Below are positions 8,216 to 17,094 of a stretch of DNA of 64,000 nucleotides, piece by piece. The stretch is from a virus (taxonomy: Duplodnaviria > Caudoviricetes). The notes under the pieces are model-generated. The model searched no databases, was not told the DNA's origin, and saw only the letters and a program-made list of their open reading frames with translations. Position 1 is the first letter of the stretch. Each line of letters begins with the position of its first letter. The stretch is taken from positions 161,160 through 225,159 of IMG/VR virus record IMGVR_UViG_3300013121_000033, one strand, 5' to 3'. The position numbers were made by a program, and so were the translations under genes.

Positions 8216-8827
8216 TCACGGAAGCAGCACCTCCAACGCCTCGCTGTACTTCAACCCGAGACGGGCCGCGGTCGGTTCGTCCATCCTGCCCGCTGCGACC
8301 GCGGTCTTGATGCCGGACAGGTTCCGGAGGGTGTCGGCCAGCTTCACCGGTCGGGCGACCGGGTCCGCTGCGATCGCTTCGAGGTAGGGGCGGCGCGGTG
8401 TCCCCTTCTCGTGGGTGAGTAGGCCGACGGCGGTGACGACGGGTCTGATCCACAGGGGGGAGCGGGTGAACCCGGGGAAGCGACACAGCGTGGCTTGGAC
8501 ACGGTCGAGCGGCCAGTCGGGGACGTCCTCGGGGACGTCGTGGAGCCAGGCTGCGCTAACGGCTTGGACACGGTCAGTGGCGGTGAGGAAGGTGGTGAAC
8601 ATTCCGCAGACGGACGCTGTGAGCGTCGCGACCGGTTCGACGTGGTCGGTGATGTACGGGCCGGACCCGTACTTGCCGACGGCGTCGGCGTGCGCGACGC
8701 GGGCGACAGCCTGGCATGCGTCGATCACCCTGCCAGCGTTCAGGTCGATCTGTCCGACGTAGCCTGCGCACCGGGCGCAGAGCGTGTCGCCGCCGCTTGC
8801 CTGTTCGCAGATGAGGCACACGGTCAT
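8216..8827 (-). CDS. HD-domain hydrolase, RelA/SpoT (Mesh1/SAH)-like
   Basis: AH..K..GPYITDH..AAWLHDVPED..LLTH..VKLADTLRN; N-terminal CxxC..CxxC. Confidence 0.8.
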   Translation of the reverse strand: MTVCLICEQASGGDTLCARCAGYVGQIDLNAGRVIDACQAVARVAHADAVGKYGSGPYITDHVEPVATLTASVCGMFTTFLTATDRVQAVSAAWLHDVPEDVPDWPLDRVQATLCRFPGFTRSPLWIRPVVTAVGLLTHEKGTPRRPYLEAIAADPVARPVKLADTLRNLSGIKTAVAAGRMDEPTAARLGLKYSEALEVLLP

Positions 8828-9264
8828 CGCGCGCCATCCCGTTCGAAGCGGAACATCGGGTGGACCGGCCGATCGTCGGGCACCATCGCGCCGCCACCGG
8901 CGCAGACCCGTTCGTGGTGGTCGCGTTCGGTCTGCTTGTACCAGTCGAGGATCGGGCCGCCGTACGACAGGCTGTGGACCATCCGGATGCGGTCGAGGCA
9001 CCGTTCGTACTGTGCGGTCGTGCCGCCGTACTCGACCTGGTCGAGCGCCCACGCCAGGCCGTCGCTCAGGAGTCGAACGCGTGCCTCGGCGTCGTGGACG
9101 TACGCCCAGGTCGTGTTCTCCCTCCACGCCGCCTCGGCCTGCTGTTGGCGGGCGACGAACGACAGGACATCGAGTGCCGTATCGGTGTCCGGGTTCTTGT
9201 CCCGAGCGTGGGACTTGAGGACAGCCGCGGTCACGTCGACCATCGTCGGCTCAGTGGTACTCAT
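8824..9264 (-). CDS. Hypothetical protein
   Basis: 4-nt overlaps with both neighbours; GAGG RBS. Confidence 0.55.
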   Translation of the reverse strand: MSTTEPTMVDVTAAVLKSHARDKNPDTDTALDVLSFVARQQQAEAAWRENTTWAYVHDAEARVRLLSDGLAWALDQVEYGGTTAQYERCLDRIRMVHSLSYGGPILDWYKQTERDHHERVCAGGGAMVPDDRPVHPMFRFERDGAR

Positions 9265-9800
9265 GGGTGTTCCTCGATTCGAGCGAGTAGAAGGTCAAGG
9301 TCATCGAACGACATCGTGACCACTTCGGTGTCGCGTAAGCGGCCGATCTCGGCCCCCGCCTGCGCTGCTCGACGGACAAGCCCAACGAACCGGTCGCGGA
9401 TGAGGGCTTCAACCCGGTCGGCTTCGGCGCGTTGCGCTGAGCGTTCGGCAGCGATGGCGGCAGCCTTCGCTTCGCGTTTGGCGATCGCGTGGACGCCGCG
9501 GTGTTCGATCATCCGGCGTGCTCCGGACAGCGAGTAGTGCCGCTGGTCGGTCCACCCGGGGTGGGTGCCGATCGCCATGATGAACCGGCAGTGGGCATCG
9601 AGGAGGACCGACACCTTGAACTCGCCGGGGTCGTCTCCCAAGACGATCCGGTCCCGTGGCGCTTGGAACGTGACGACGGTCCACGGTCGAGCGTCCCGTC
9701 CGCGTTGGCCGCTGTAGCCGATGCGGTGGAGCGGGATCGGGTCGACTTTCGTGAACCCGTGCTCCGCGGCGAACGCGTCGAGATCAGCGGCGTCAACCAC
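9261..9800 (-). CDS. Hypothetical protein
   Basis: Coupled ORF in operon-like run. Confidence 0.55.
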   Translation of the reverse strand: MVDAADLDAFAAEHGFTKVDPIPLHRIGYSGQRGRDARPWTVVTFQAPRDRIVLGDDPGEFKVSVLLDAHCRFIMAIGTHPGWTDQRHYSLSGARRMIEHRGVHAIAKREAKAAAIAAERSAQRAEADRVEALIRDRFVGLVRRAAQAGAEIGRLRDTEVVTMSFDDLDLLLARIEEHP

Positions 9801-9926
9801 GGCGCACCCGCCGGAGGATCACGGCCGCCGATCCGGTGACCGCGGCCCACACGGCGAGAGTGGTGAGGCACCCGAACCCGAGACACCCCAGGTTCAGATA
9901 GATGCGGGGGGCGCAACCGCGGCTCA

Positions 9927-10169
9927 TCACGCGACCCGGTCGGCTCGGAGCACAGGGGCCATCGAGTAGTTGCCGAGCGGCAGGCACGTCTCGACACCGT
10001 CGCGCACCTTCACCCCGACACGACGAAGGACGCCGTTGACATCGGGGATGACGACGAACTTCGCGGTGCGGGCCTCGACGGTGACCGGGGTGCGAAGGGT
10101 GGAGTCGGTCGCCCAGCGCATCTCGTACGTCTTGCCAACCTTGAACTCGGTGATCATGTCGTTGTCCAT
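9927..10169 (-). CDS. Hypothetical small beta-rich protein (MDND cassette gene)
   Basis: Leaderless ATG after P4; MDNDMITEFKVGKTY. Confidence 0.7.
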   Translation of the reverse strand: MDNDMITEFKVGKTYEMRWATDSTLRTPVTVEARTAKFVVIPDVNGVLRRVGVKVRDGVETCLPLGNYSMAPVLRADRVA

Positions 10170-10205
10170 GCCCACACCCTACCGTTCTGTTATGGTCACG
10201 TCAAC
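10158..10205 (-). promoter_or_regulatory. Repeated promoter/operator cassette P4
   Basis: GTTGACGTGACCATAAC; TTGACG-17-TAGGGT-6-ATGGACAACGAC. Confidence 0.85.
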
Positions 10206-10414
10206 GTTCGGGGTGGCGATGGCGGCAAGAATGTTCGCGATCCGGGCCACGTCGCCAGGGTGCGGCCAGGTCAGATCGTCGTCAGAGCACATGAACCCCA
10301 GGTCAGAGTGGCGTCGCTCCCACTCGGCGTGCAGCACCTCAGCGAGGTCATCACACTCGGAGAGAGCAGCGAGCGCTCGCGACGCAGCGACCAGCTTGCG
10401 AGGAGTGACTAGCT

Positions 10415-13231
10415 TCACGCTGTCCTCCGGTCGTCGTCGTCACAGTCGTCGTTGTCGGGTGGGGGGATGTTGAGCGGCCGGTGACCGTGCTCCTCGACGA
10501 AGTCGTGATCGAGTAGACCGACGAGGTCGCCCCATTCGTCTTGGACGCCGTCGTTCAACGCTGTCGCTGTCGATGCGAGGTCTGCGAACGTGGCGTCGGG
10601 GTTGGCGTCGACCCAACCGGACTCGATAGCTCGTTTGAGGACGAAGGTGACCGAGGCCCTGTCGAGGTCGTCGTCGTAGCGGAGCGTCTTGAGGTGCCCT
10701 TCCCACAGGTCGGGGTCGGCGTAGTCGTCGATGAACCGTTGGTACTGGGCGGTTTCCCACTCGGCTCGAAGCGTGTCCCGGAGGGCGTCGAACGCGGCCC
10801 CTGCGCGTCGCCCGATCGCCGTGGCGCGGTCGCGGGCGGTGTTGTACTCGGCGGTGGCGGCGTCGAGCGCGTCGAGTTCGGCCCGGTCGAGCCACGCGGC
10901 TTTCGCGATGAAGTCGTCACGGCTGTACTGGGGGACGCCCCAGGTGTTGAACCGGGACAGGGTGATGCCGTCGCGGGTTCGTTTCCACTCGTACTCGACA
11001 CACGTCTTGACCGGCGCTTCGATCTTTCCGGTGGCAGGACGGTCCGGTGGCGGGAGGAGCGGCGGGAACCACAGGTGTGCGTAGAACAGGCCGCGCTTGT
11101 GCTCGTTGTCCTTCCGGAAGATGACGCCGTAGAACCGGGGGTCGGCGTCGATCGTTGACCCCCAGCCGTTGCTGTAGGACCAGGAGCGGTCGGCGGCGTA
11201 CCGTGCGGCGACCACGACGACTCGGGTGGCGACTTCCACGATCTCGTGGGGGCGGAGATGGTCAGAGGGGTGGGCGTCGTGGTCCCAGCCGGTCCACCGG
11301 TCGGAGTGCCAGAGTAGACGCCAGCGGCGCCACCCGGTCCCGGTGACAGCCCATTCGGTGTCCACGGCGACCCCGGTTCGGGTGGGACGCCAGCGGTGGA
11401 CCCACACGTTGCCGTCGTCCGCTGCCGAGTAGGCGACGTAGGTGCCGTTCGGTTTACGGGCGACAGCGAGCAGGTCCGGGACCGCGGCTTGGAACTCGGC
11501 GACCTTCGCTGCTTCCTTGTCGGCTTCGGTGTCACCGCGTTCGTCGTTCGTGACGCGCCGCCGGTACTCGGCGACGACCGCGGCAGCGACCCGGTCGTCG
11601 ATGTCGCCGTCGAGGACGAGGGGCCGATGCCAGCGGTTCCCGAGCTTCCACCAGTCGACGAGTTCCCCCACCTTCGCTTCGGCGTCGGGGACGGAGACGG
11701 AGCAGTCGCGTGCGATGACCCCGGCGAGCATCGCCCGGACTGGTGCCTCGGCTTCGTGTTCGCGGCGCTTCGCTTCGAGGGTCGCCCGGATCAACGGGAG
11801 GACGGTCAGATAGTTGTGTCGCTCGGTGCGGGCGTTCAGGTAGAAGTCGAGGTCGTCGGGGTTGACGAGGTCGAACGCGATGACGAACGGGTCGGCCGGG
11901 TGGATGAGGACGGTGGCCCGATGCTTGTACGGCCACTCGCCCCACGCGCCACGCCACCCGGCCGGTTCGCTGGGGTGTTCCCATCCCCATCGTTTGTCGG
12001 TGCGGTCGAACTTGACCGTCAGGTACTCGGCGCCTTGGTGGCGGCGGGTGCCGTCGATCACGACGGGGGTCATCTCGGGGAGGCCGCGGGCGTCGCTGGG
12101 GAACACGCGGCCGCCGTAGCCGTCGCGGTCGACGTGGTTCTCGGATCGGAAGTCGGTCGAGTTGAACGCGACAACGACTCGCATCCCGGGGCGGAGCCCG
12201 GCGTTGAGGTCTTTGAGCCACTGCGAGAACGGGGGGCGGCCGGTGCCGATCGCCCGTTCGGCGTCGGTGATGATCGCGACGTGTCCGGCGTCGTAGTCGT
12301 CGGGTTGGAGGACGGAGAGGCCGGGGTGGGGAAGGGGGTGGAACACGGTGGTGCGGTCGATGAGCCCCTGGATGACGAGCGCTGCCCGCATGTAGTGGCG
12401 GTGCTTCGAGTCGGCTTTCTCTTCGGCTTCGGCCCATTCGCGGCTGCCGGGCTTGAGGTCGACCCAGTCGCCGTGTTCGGCGCGTTCGTGTGACCATGCG
12501 CGGCGGCGGAACAGGGAGGTGAACTCGTCGGCGAGGGGGACGAGACGGTGGCCGACGCGGAGGTCGGTGTGCATCCGGTACAGGTTGTCGCCGTTGCGGA
12601 TCAGCCAGTACGAGTCGGTGTTCGCGTCCTTCATCGCGAGTGTCGTCCACGGGTTGCCGTAGTCGCGGTTCTGGCGTGACGCGACGAGGACAACGACCCC
12701 TTTCGGTTCGGGGATGATCTGCTCGACGTGGGCGGGGTCGGCGGCGAGCCACGCGTCGAACTCGGGGAGGTCGTTGATGTCGATGCCGCCGACCTCGGCT
12801 GCGATCCGGGATTCCTCATCCATCGCGAGGGTCATCTGGCGGATCGTGATGGGGGTGTCGGCGGGGGCCGGGTCGCCTTCGGTGAGGCGGACGATGCTTT
12901 CGTCACGGCCCAGGTACAGGTTGATCGTCCAGATGCCTTCCTGCATTCGGGCGACCATCTTCTTGAGCGGTTCGAGCACCTGGTTGGCACGGGCCATCTC
13001 GGCGTCGAGACGAGCGCGGAGCGCCTGCTGCGCGGCGGCGACTTCGGACTGCTTGCGGCGCACGAGGGAATGGACTTCCGCCATGCGTGCCTTCACGACC
13101 GCGGGATCGCTGGTGACGTGCACGAGCGCGGTGCTGTGCTCCTGGTCGGCCAGGTCTGCCGCTTCGGCGGTCAAGCGTTCGAGGTCAGCGACCAGATCGG
13201 CGACGGACGGCTCAGCGTTGTCGGCGGTCAC
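10415..13231 (-). CDS. Large hypothetical protein (~938 aa) with N-terminal coiled coil
   Basis: GTG overlapping upstream stop; long ORF with typical codon usage; WTINLYLGRDE segment. Confidence 0.75.
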   Translation of the reverse strand: MTADNAEPSVADLVADLERLTAEAADLADQEHSTALVHVTSDPAVVKARMAEVHSLVRRKQSEVAAAQQALRARLDAEMARANQVLEPLKKMVARMQEGIWTINLYLGRDESIVRLTEGDPAPADTPITIRQMTLAMDEESRIAAEVGGIDINDLPEFDAWLAADPAHVEQIIPEPKGVVVLVASRQNRDYGNPWTTLAMKDANTDSYWLIRNGDNLYRMHTDLRVGHRLVPLADEFTSLFRRRAWSHERAEHGDWVDLKPGSREWAEAEEKADSKHRHYMRAALVIQGLIDRTTVFHPLPHPGLSVLQPDDYDAGHVAIITDAERAIGTGRPPFSQWLKDLNAGLRPGMRVVVAFNSTDFRSENHVDRDGYGGRVFPSDARGLPEMTPVVIDGTRRHQGAEYLTVKFDRTDKRWGWEHPSEPAGWRGAWGEWPYKHRATVLIHPADPFVIAFDLVNPDDLDFYLNARTERHNYLTVLPLIRATLEAKRREHEAEAPVRAMLAGVIARDCSVSVPDAEAKVGELVDWWKLGNRWHRPLVLDGDIDDRVAAAVVAEYRRRVTNDERGDTEADKEAAKVAEFQAAVPDLLAVARKPNGTYVAYSAADDGNVWVHRWRPTRTGVAVDTEWAVTGTGWRRWRLLWHSDRWTGWDHDAHPSDHLRPHEIVEVATRVVVVAARYAADRSWSYSNGWGSTIDADPRFYGVIFRKDNEHKRGLFYAHLWFPPLLPPPDRPATGKIEAPVKTCVEYEWKRTRDGITLSRFNTWGVPQYSRDDFIAKAAWLDRAELDALDAATAEYNTARDRATAIGRRAGAAFDALRDTLRAEWETAQYQRFIDDYADPDLWEGHLKTLRYDDDLDRASVTFVLKRAIESGWVDANPDATFADLASTATALNDGVQDEWGDLVGLLDHDFVEEHGHRPLNIPPPDNDDCDDDDRRTA

Positions 13232-13560
13232 GGTTCGACCGCCGACGTGATGCGCTTCGGGTCGAGCATGAGGCGACCCCAGCGGGGCGAGTAGACGACG
13301 ACGGTGCGCCGGTTCACCTTCGCGACGGGGACCGGTTCCGGGTCGCTGAGGCCGCGGCGCGGGAGGTAGGTGACGAGGTCGCCGACGCCGACCGTGAGCG
13401 TCGTCGCGGTGACGGACGGCGGGGCGAGGCCGTCGGCTTCGTCGAGGGAGAACTCGTCGCCGCACGCCGAGCAGTGCATCTGGTCGCCCATGAAGTCCAT
13501 CCGGTGACCGCCCGCGCCGCACGTCGCGCACCGGAACCGGTCGATGAGGGTGATGGTCAT
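13228..13560 (-). CDS. Hypothetical Zn-ribbon protein
   Basis: CATC..CSAC; coupled overlaps. Confidence 0.55.
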   Translation of the reverse strand: MTITLIDRFRCATCGAGGHRMDFMGDQMHCSACGDEFSLDEADGLAPPSVTATTLTVGVGDLVTYLPRRGLSDPEPVPVAKVNRRTVVVYSPRWGRLMLDPKRITSAVEP

Positions 13561-13817
13561 GCCGTCGCCTCCTGTGCGAGCTTCTTGGCGCATCGCGGGC
13601 AGAGCCGTTCGGGGTCGACCGTGTGGAGCCAGTCGTCAGCGATGGTCGCGAGTCGGGAGGCGGTGCCGCAGAGCGGAACGAGCGGCGGGAACCGATCGTC
13701 GGGCCACCGCGGAACGGGTCGGGAGACGTGGATGACGCGTCGGGCGGACTGGCCGCGCGCCGGTCGGGCCGCCCACTGGTACTCGAACGGCTCGGCGAGG
13801 TCGGGGAGTCTGCTCAT
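13557..13817 (-). CDS. Hypothetical protein with H..LCG..CPRC
   Basis: ATGA overlap with the 31-aa MDND ORF. Confidence 0.55.
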   Translation of the reverse strand: MSRLPDLAEPFEYQWAARPARGQSARRVIHVSRPVPRWPDDRFPPLVPLCGTASRLATIADDWLHTVDPERLCPRCAKKLAQEATA

Positions 13818-13909
13818 CCGTGGGTCCTTCGGTAGTGGGTCTTGTCGCCAGCGGCGATCGCCCACGACGATGGCTCGACAGCGGTGAAGGTGACGGTGTC
13901 GTTGTCCAT
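13814..13909 (-). CDS. 31-aa MDND ORF, truncated paralogue of 1369..1713
   Basis: MDNDTVTFTAVEPSSWAIAAGD vs MDNDDTVIFKAVEPSTYAIAVGD. Confidence 0.6.
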   Translation of the reverse strand: MDNDTVTFTAVEPSSWAIAAGDKTHYRRTHG

Positions 13910-13947
13910 GGCGCACACTGTACCCGGCTTGTTGTGGTCACGTCAAC
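13898..13947 (-). promoter_or_regulatory. Repeated promoter/operator cassette P5
   Basis: GTTGACGTGACCACAAC; TTGACG-18-TACAGT-7-ATGGACAACGAC. Confidence 0.8.
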
Positions 13948-13954
13948 ATTGTTG

Positions 13955-14000
13955 TGCGGGTGGAGGGAGTCGAACCCTCACGCCTTCCGGCGTCGACTGG
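13955..14000 (-). pseudogene. 3' half of a type II (Leu-like) tRNA
   Basis: acgcc-ggaa-ggcgt variable arm, gaggg-TTCGACT-ccctc, cacccgc-A; no 5' half. Confidence 0.6.
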
Positions 14001-14424
14001 CGTTTCGCTTGTCATTCCACTCTCGCTTCGCCCGGCTACAGATGTCGCAGCAGCAGCGCCGCTTCTGCCACGCGTACATCGTGCCGTGGGCGAACCCCTT
14101 GTCGATCCCCCTGAACGGGCTCGCCTTGCCGAGATTGGTCTTTCTGTTGTTCTCCGCTGGGGTCAACAACTGATAGTTGTCGATCCGATCGTCCATCGGG
14201 TCATCGTTGACGTGGTCGACGTGCTCGTCGGGGGCCAGCGTTCGCCCGAGATGCTGTGTCATCTGCCAGCGGGCGTAGGACATGCTGGTCCTGCGACCGT
14301 TTGCCAAGTGGATGACGACCTGCCGTCGTGGTCGGCTGCCGCCCGGACGCACAACGTACGGACCGTAAACCTTTGTGATCGCCACATCGAACGGATTGTG
14401 CATTGGGATGGCGAGTTTACTCAC
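13978..14424 (-). CDS. HNH homing endonuclease
   Basis: HVDHVNDDPMDDRIDNYQLLTPAENN; C-terminal HGT..Y..CCCDIC. Confidence 0.85.
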   Translation of the reverse strand: MSKLAIPMHNPFDVAITKVYGPYVVRPGGSRPRRQVVIHLANGRRTSMSYARWQMTQHLGRTLAPDEHVDHVNDDPMDDRIDNYQLLTPAENNRKTNLGKASPFRGIDKGFAHGTMYAWQKRRCCCDICSRAKREWNDKRNASRRRKA

Positions 14425-14480
14425 GGCGTGTCTGCCAGCTTTACAGGCTGCCCCACCTCTCCGAACGGTGGCGCGCTCCC
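14404..14480 (-). pseudogene. Degenerate tRNA-Tyr(GTA)
   Basis: ccac/gtgg D stem, cagc-CTGTAAA-gctg; T loop reduced to TAAA; partial acceptor. Confidence 0.5.
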
Positions 14481-14666
14481 CGGTTCCGGGACCGGAAGGC
14501 GCGGCTGAATGCTCGTGCGCTCCGGTCCCTACGGAAGTAGGCGGCGGCGATACAAGCGTCGGGTCACGGCAGAGAACTCTACTCGTCGAGGTCGCCGGTG
14601 TCGACGGGGTTGAGTTCGTCGGCGTGTTCCTGACAGAGGTCTAATCGAGACATGACCATGGTTCGT

Positions 14667-14714
14667 GTTGACGTGACCACAACAGTCGTGTAGGGTGTGG
14701 ACATGGACAACGAC
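14667..14714 (+). promoter_or_regulatory. Repeated promoter/operator cassette P6
   Basis: GTTGACGTGACCACAAC; TTGACG-17-TAGGGT-6-ATGGACAACGAC. Confidence 0.85.
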
Positions 14715-15005
14715 ACGCTGATGCAAGCCCGGTGGGACGCCTTCATGGCGGACTGTGCAGCCGCGGCGGCCCGCGGGAAGGACTGGGACGCTGTCGGTGC
14801 GGCGTGGCGGGCCGAGCATCCCGACACCCGGTTCACCGACCTGCCCTACATGGAGCAGGTTCACCTGATCGCCGGGCTCGACGGGTTCTATCCGGACTTG
14901 ATCGACGACGCCGTGGCGGTGTTCCTCGCTGACGACGAGGACTTGGACTACGACATGGCTCTGCCGGTGGAGGCCGCGGCGCAGGCTGCCGCCAACGCCT
15001 ACTGA
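14703..15005 (+). CDS. Hypothetical acidic protein (MDND cassette gene)
   Basis: Leaderless ATG after P6. Confidence 0.7.
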   Translation: MDNDTLMQARWDAFMADCAAAAARGKDWDAVGAAWRAEHPDTRFTDLPYMEQVHLIAGLDGFYPDLIDDAVAVFLADDEDLDYDMALPVEAAAQAAANAY

Positions 15006-15121
15006 TCCGAAGGGTTCCGGGGGGGGGGTTGATACTGCCGTCTTGGAGCCCGAAGGCGAGATTCAGAGCCCCTGGTGGACTCCCGCCCAACCGGGGGCTC
15101 TCTCGCGTATGGTCACCCGTC

Positions 15122-15559
15122 ATGGCGTACAAGCAGGCATGCAAGAAGCAGTCGCTCCGGTTCTACGCGGCCCTCGGGATCGTCCCCGGCTACCCGGGTG
15201 GTGCGGGCGAGAGCATGCGACGCGATCCATGGTGGACGGAGGGGATCGTGGCGGAGGAGTGGAACGAGGCCGCCGCCGAGTCCGCCGCGACGTTCCGTGT
15301 GTACCCGCCGTCAGTGGTCGTGCAGGTGGCGACGGTCGGCTACCAGATCGAGGGTGACGGTCAACGGGCGGAACAGGTGGTGACGTTGACCGGAACGTTG
15401 AACCCTCACTGGGGTGACGACCAGGAGGCGTGGCGTGCCGCGGTCCTGGACGTCGTTCAGCGGCTCGGTGACCGGTTCGGGCAGGAGACAGTCCAGGTGA
15501 ACTTCGAAGAGGTCGAGGTCGTCTACTACCAGCGGCACCCGGCAGCAGTGACGGTGTGA
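15122..15559 (+). CDS. Hypothetical protein
   Basis: TATGGT -10-like hexamer just before ATG; protein-like ORF. Confidence 0.6.
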   Translation: MAYKQACKKQSLRFYAALGIVPGYPGGAGESMRRDPWWTEGIVAEEWNEAAAESAATFRVYPPSVVVQVATVGYQIEGDGQRAEQVVTLTGTLNPHWGDDQEAWRAAVLDVVQRLGDRFGQETVQVNFEEVEVVYYQRHPAAVTV

Positions 15560-15560
15560 G

Positions 15561-16178
15561 ATGGGATGCGAGCATTCGCTGCTGGTGAACGGCATCTGCC
15601 GGGATTGCGAACCGGACGAACCCGGGCCTCACCAGCGGGGACGGATCGTCGTCAATGACCGCCACGTCCACTACATCGACCGTGACGGTCCGGGCTGCTA
15701 CTACTGCCGACGAGACGCCACGTCGCTGACGTTCGACCACGTCGTCCCTCGCGCCGTGTTCCGTGCTGGCCTCGCCCCGATCCCTGCCGGGCGGCTCAAC
15801 AAGGTGCTGGCATGCCGGAAGTGCCAGAAAGACAAGGGCGCTCGACTCGATCTCGATTGGGACCCGCGGTGGTACGACCATGGCGGCCTGTACCGGCCGA
15901 CACCCGAGGACCGGTTCGTTCGAGGCGTCCCCGACGACCTGCGCATCCTGCTCCCGTTCTCGAACGGGCCGCACAGTGTGCGCGCCTTCCGGGTCCTCTA
16001 CCGCGACACCCTGGACTCTGAGGGCGGATGGAGTGGGGCTCGAACCCACACGGACGCTGCGAACGCCCCAACCGTTTTCGAGACGGCGGCCGGTAGTCCA
16101 TCACTCGGCTTATCCATCCAGGCGGAGGGGGCGAGGATCGAACTCGCAGTGAACTCCACAGAGCCCACACCCGGGTAG
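15561..16178 (+). CDS. HNH endonuclease (McrA-like); 3' end antisense to tRNA-Ser genes
   Basis: CYYC..TFDHVVPR..NKVLACRKCQKDKG. Confidence 0.75.
   Translation: MGCEHSLLVNGICRDCEPDEPGPHQRGRIVVNDRHVHYIDRDGPGCYYCRRDATSLTFDHVVPRAVFRAGLAPIPAGRLNKVLACRKCQKDKGARLDLDWDPRWYDHGGLYRPTPEDRFVRGVPDDLRILLPFSNGPHSVRAFRVLYRDTLDSEGGWSGARTHTDAANAPTVFETAAGSPSLGLSIQAEGARIELAVNSTEPTPG
16023..16119 (-). tRNA. tRNA-Ser(CGA), enlarged D loop
   Basis: gccgt-CTCGAAA-acggt; long variable arm; G discriminator. Confidence 0.8.
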
Positions 16179-16214
16179 CAACCGGGCTGCCTTGCCAGCC
16201 GTAGCGACCCCTCC
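16121..16214 (-). tRNA. tRNA-Ser(GCT)
   Basis: cccgg-TTGCTAC-ccggg; long variable arm; G discriminator. Confidence 0.8.
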
Positions 16215-16335
16215 GAGAACTTGCGGGGTCGCGCGTGACGTCGCCGTCTAGCTCGACCCCTCGGGGGAACTCGATGACAGCGACGAACGGATCACGGCCG
16301 GAACGATACGCCCACCGTCCCGGCCGTGTCCACGA

Positions 16336-16902
16336 CTATTCGTCGGCGCCCCACACGCGGTTGCGGGCCTTCTTGAGGAGGCGGAGCAACGCCTGGACCG
16401 ACTGGCGGTCCGACAGGTTCGCCCACTGGTCCCGGTAGTAGAGACGGCCAGGCTGTTCGAGGAACGCGACGAGCGCTTCGCCGTACGCCCGGTCGATCCA
16501 CCTCTGATCTTCGGACGAGTCCTCGGACAGTTCCATGATCTTGATGACGGCGTTCCGGAACGCGGCTTGACCGACGGTGAACCCGGACGCGGCGAGCCAC
16601 GTCTTGTAGTCGGATGCGGTGGTGAACCCACCGCGCGGCCTCTCACCGGGCGCTCTCTCTGCGGGCGAAGGCATCGACTCGCGGAGAGCGACGACCTCGT
16701 CGATGATGGCTTGCTCGACGAGCGCGGCGTGGCCGATGTCGCGGATGAACCGGCCGACCTCGGTGAGTGTCTGGTCGTTGCCGAGCCACTGTCGGATCAG
16801 AGCGGGTCCGTCGTCGGGGTTGCCGACGCCGATGGACACCTCGCCCTTGTCCCACGCGACGTTGATGCGGCCGTCGTCGGCCATGACGTGTTCTCGGGGC
16901 AT
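16336..16902 (-). CDS. Hypothetical protein ending VWGADE
   Basis: AAGGAGG RBS; protein-like ORF. Confidence 0.65.
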   Translation of the reverse strand: MPREHVMADDGRINVAWDKGEVSIGVGNPDDGPALIRQWLGNDQTLTEVGRFIRDIGHAALVEQAIIDEVVALRESMPSPAERAPGERPRGGFTTASDYKTWLAASGFTVGQAAFRNAVIKIMELSEDSSEDQRWIDRAYGEALVAFLEQPGRLYYRDQWANLSDRQSVQALLRLLKKARNRVWGADE

Positions 16903-16935
16903 CTCGCCCTCCTTCTATGTGTGTGGCCGCCTATC

Positions 16936-17094
16936 TCAGGCGGCGCTGGTGTCGGAGGATAGACGCCGGGGGTACGCCACCTCCCGAACCAACGGACCTG
17001 GCCGAGGGGGCGGGCCGCCGTCAGTGGGGATCACGTCCCACCGTTTCGTCTTAGGGGCCGGAGTCGTTTCGACGAACTCGATCCACTTCGCCAT
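16936..17094 (-). pseudogene. Short ORF MAKWIEFVE..., possibly frameshifted at a C-run
   Basis: AGGAG RBS; +1 frame after GGCCCGCCCCC reads LGQVRWFGRWR. Confidence 0.4.

Noticed and set aside
9575-9615. Other CGATGCCCA/CGACGCCCA loop-like hits (also ~11.27, 39.52, 47.74, 49.94 kb) as extra guide units
   Set aside because: They lack the CCR-N9 spacing on one or both sides; the scan was by eye and not exhaustive
13955-14480. Single tRNA interrupted by a group I intron encoding the HNH
   Set aside because: The upstream part is Tyr-like with its own 3' remnant and does not pair with the Leu-like acceptor; no intron core seen
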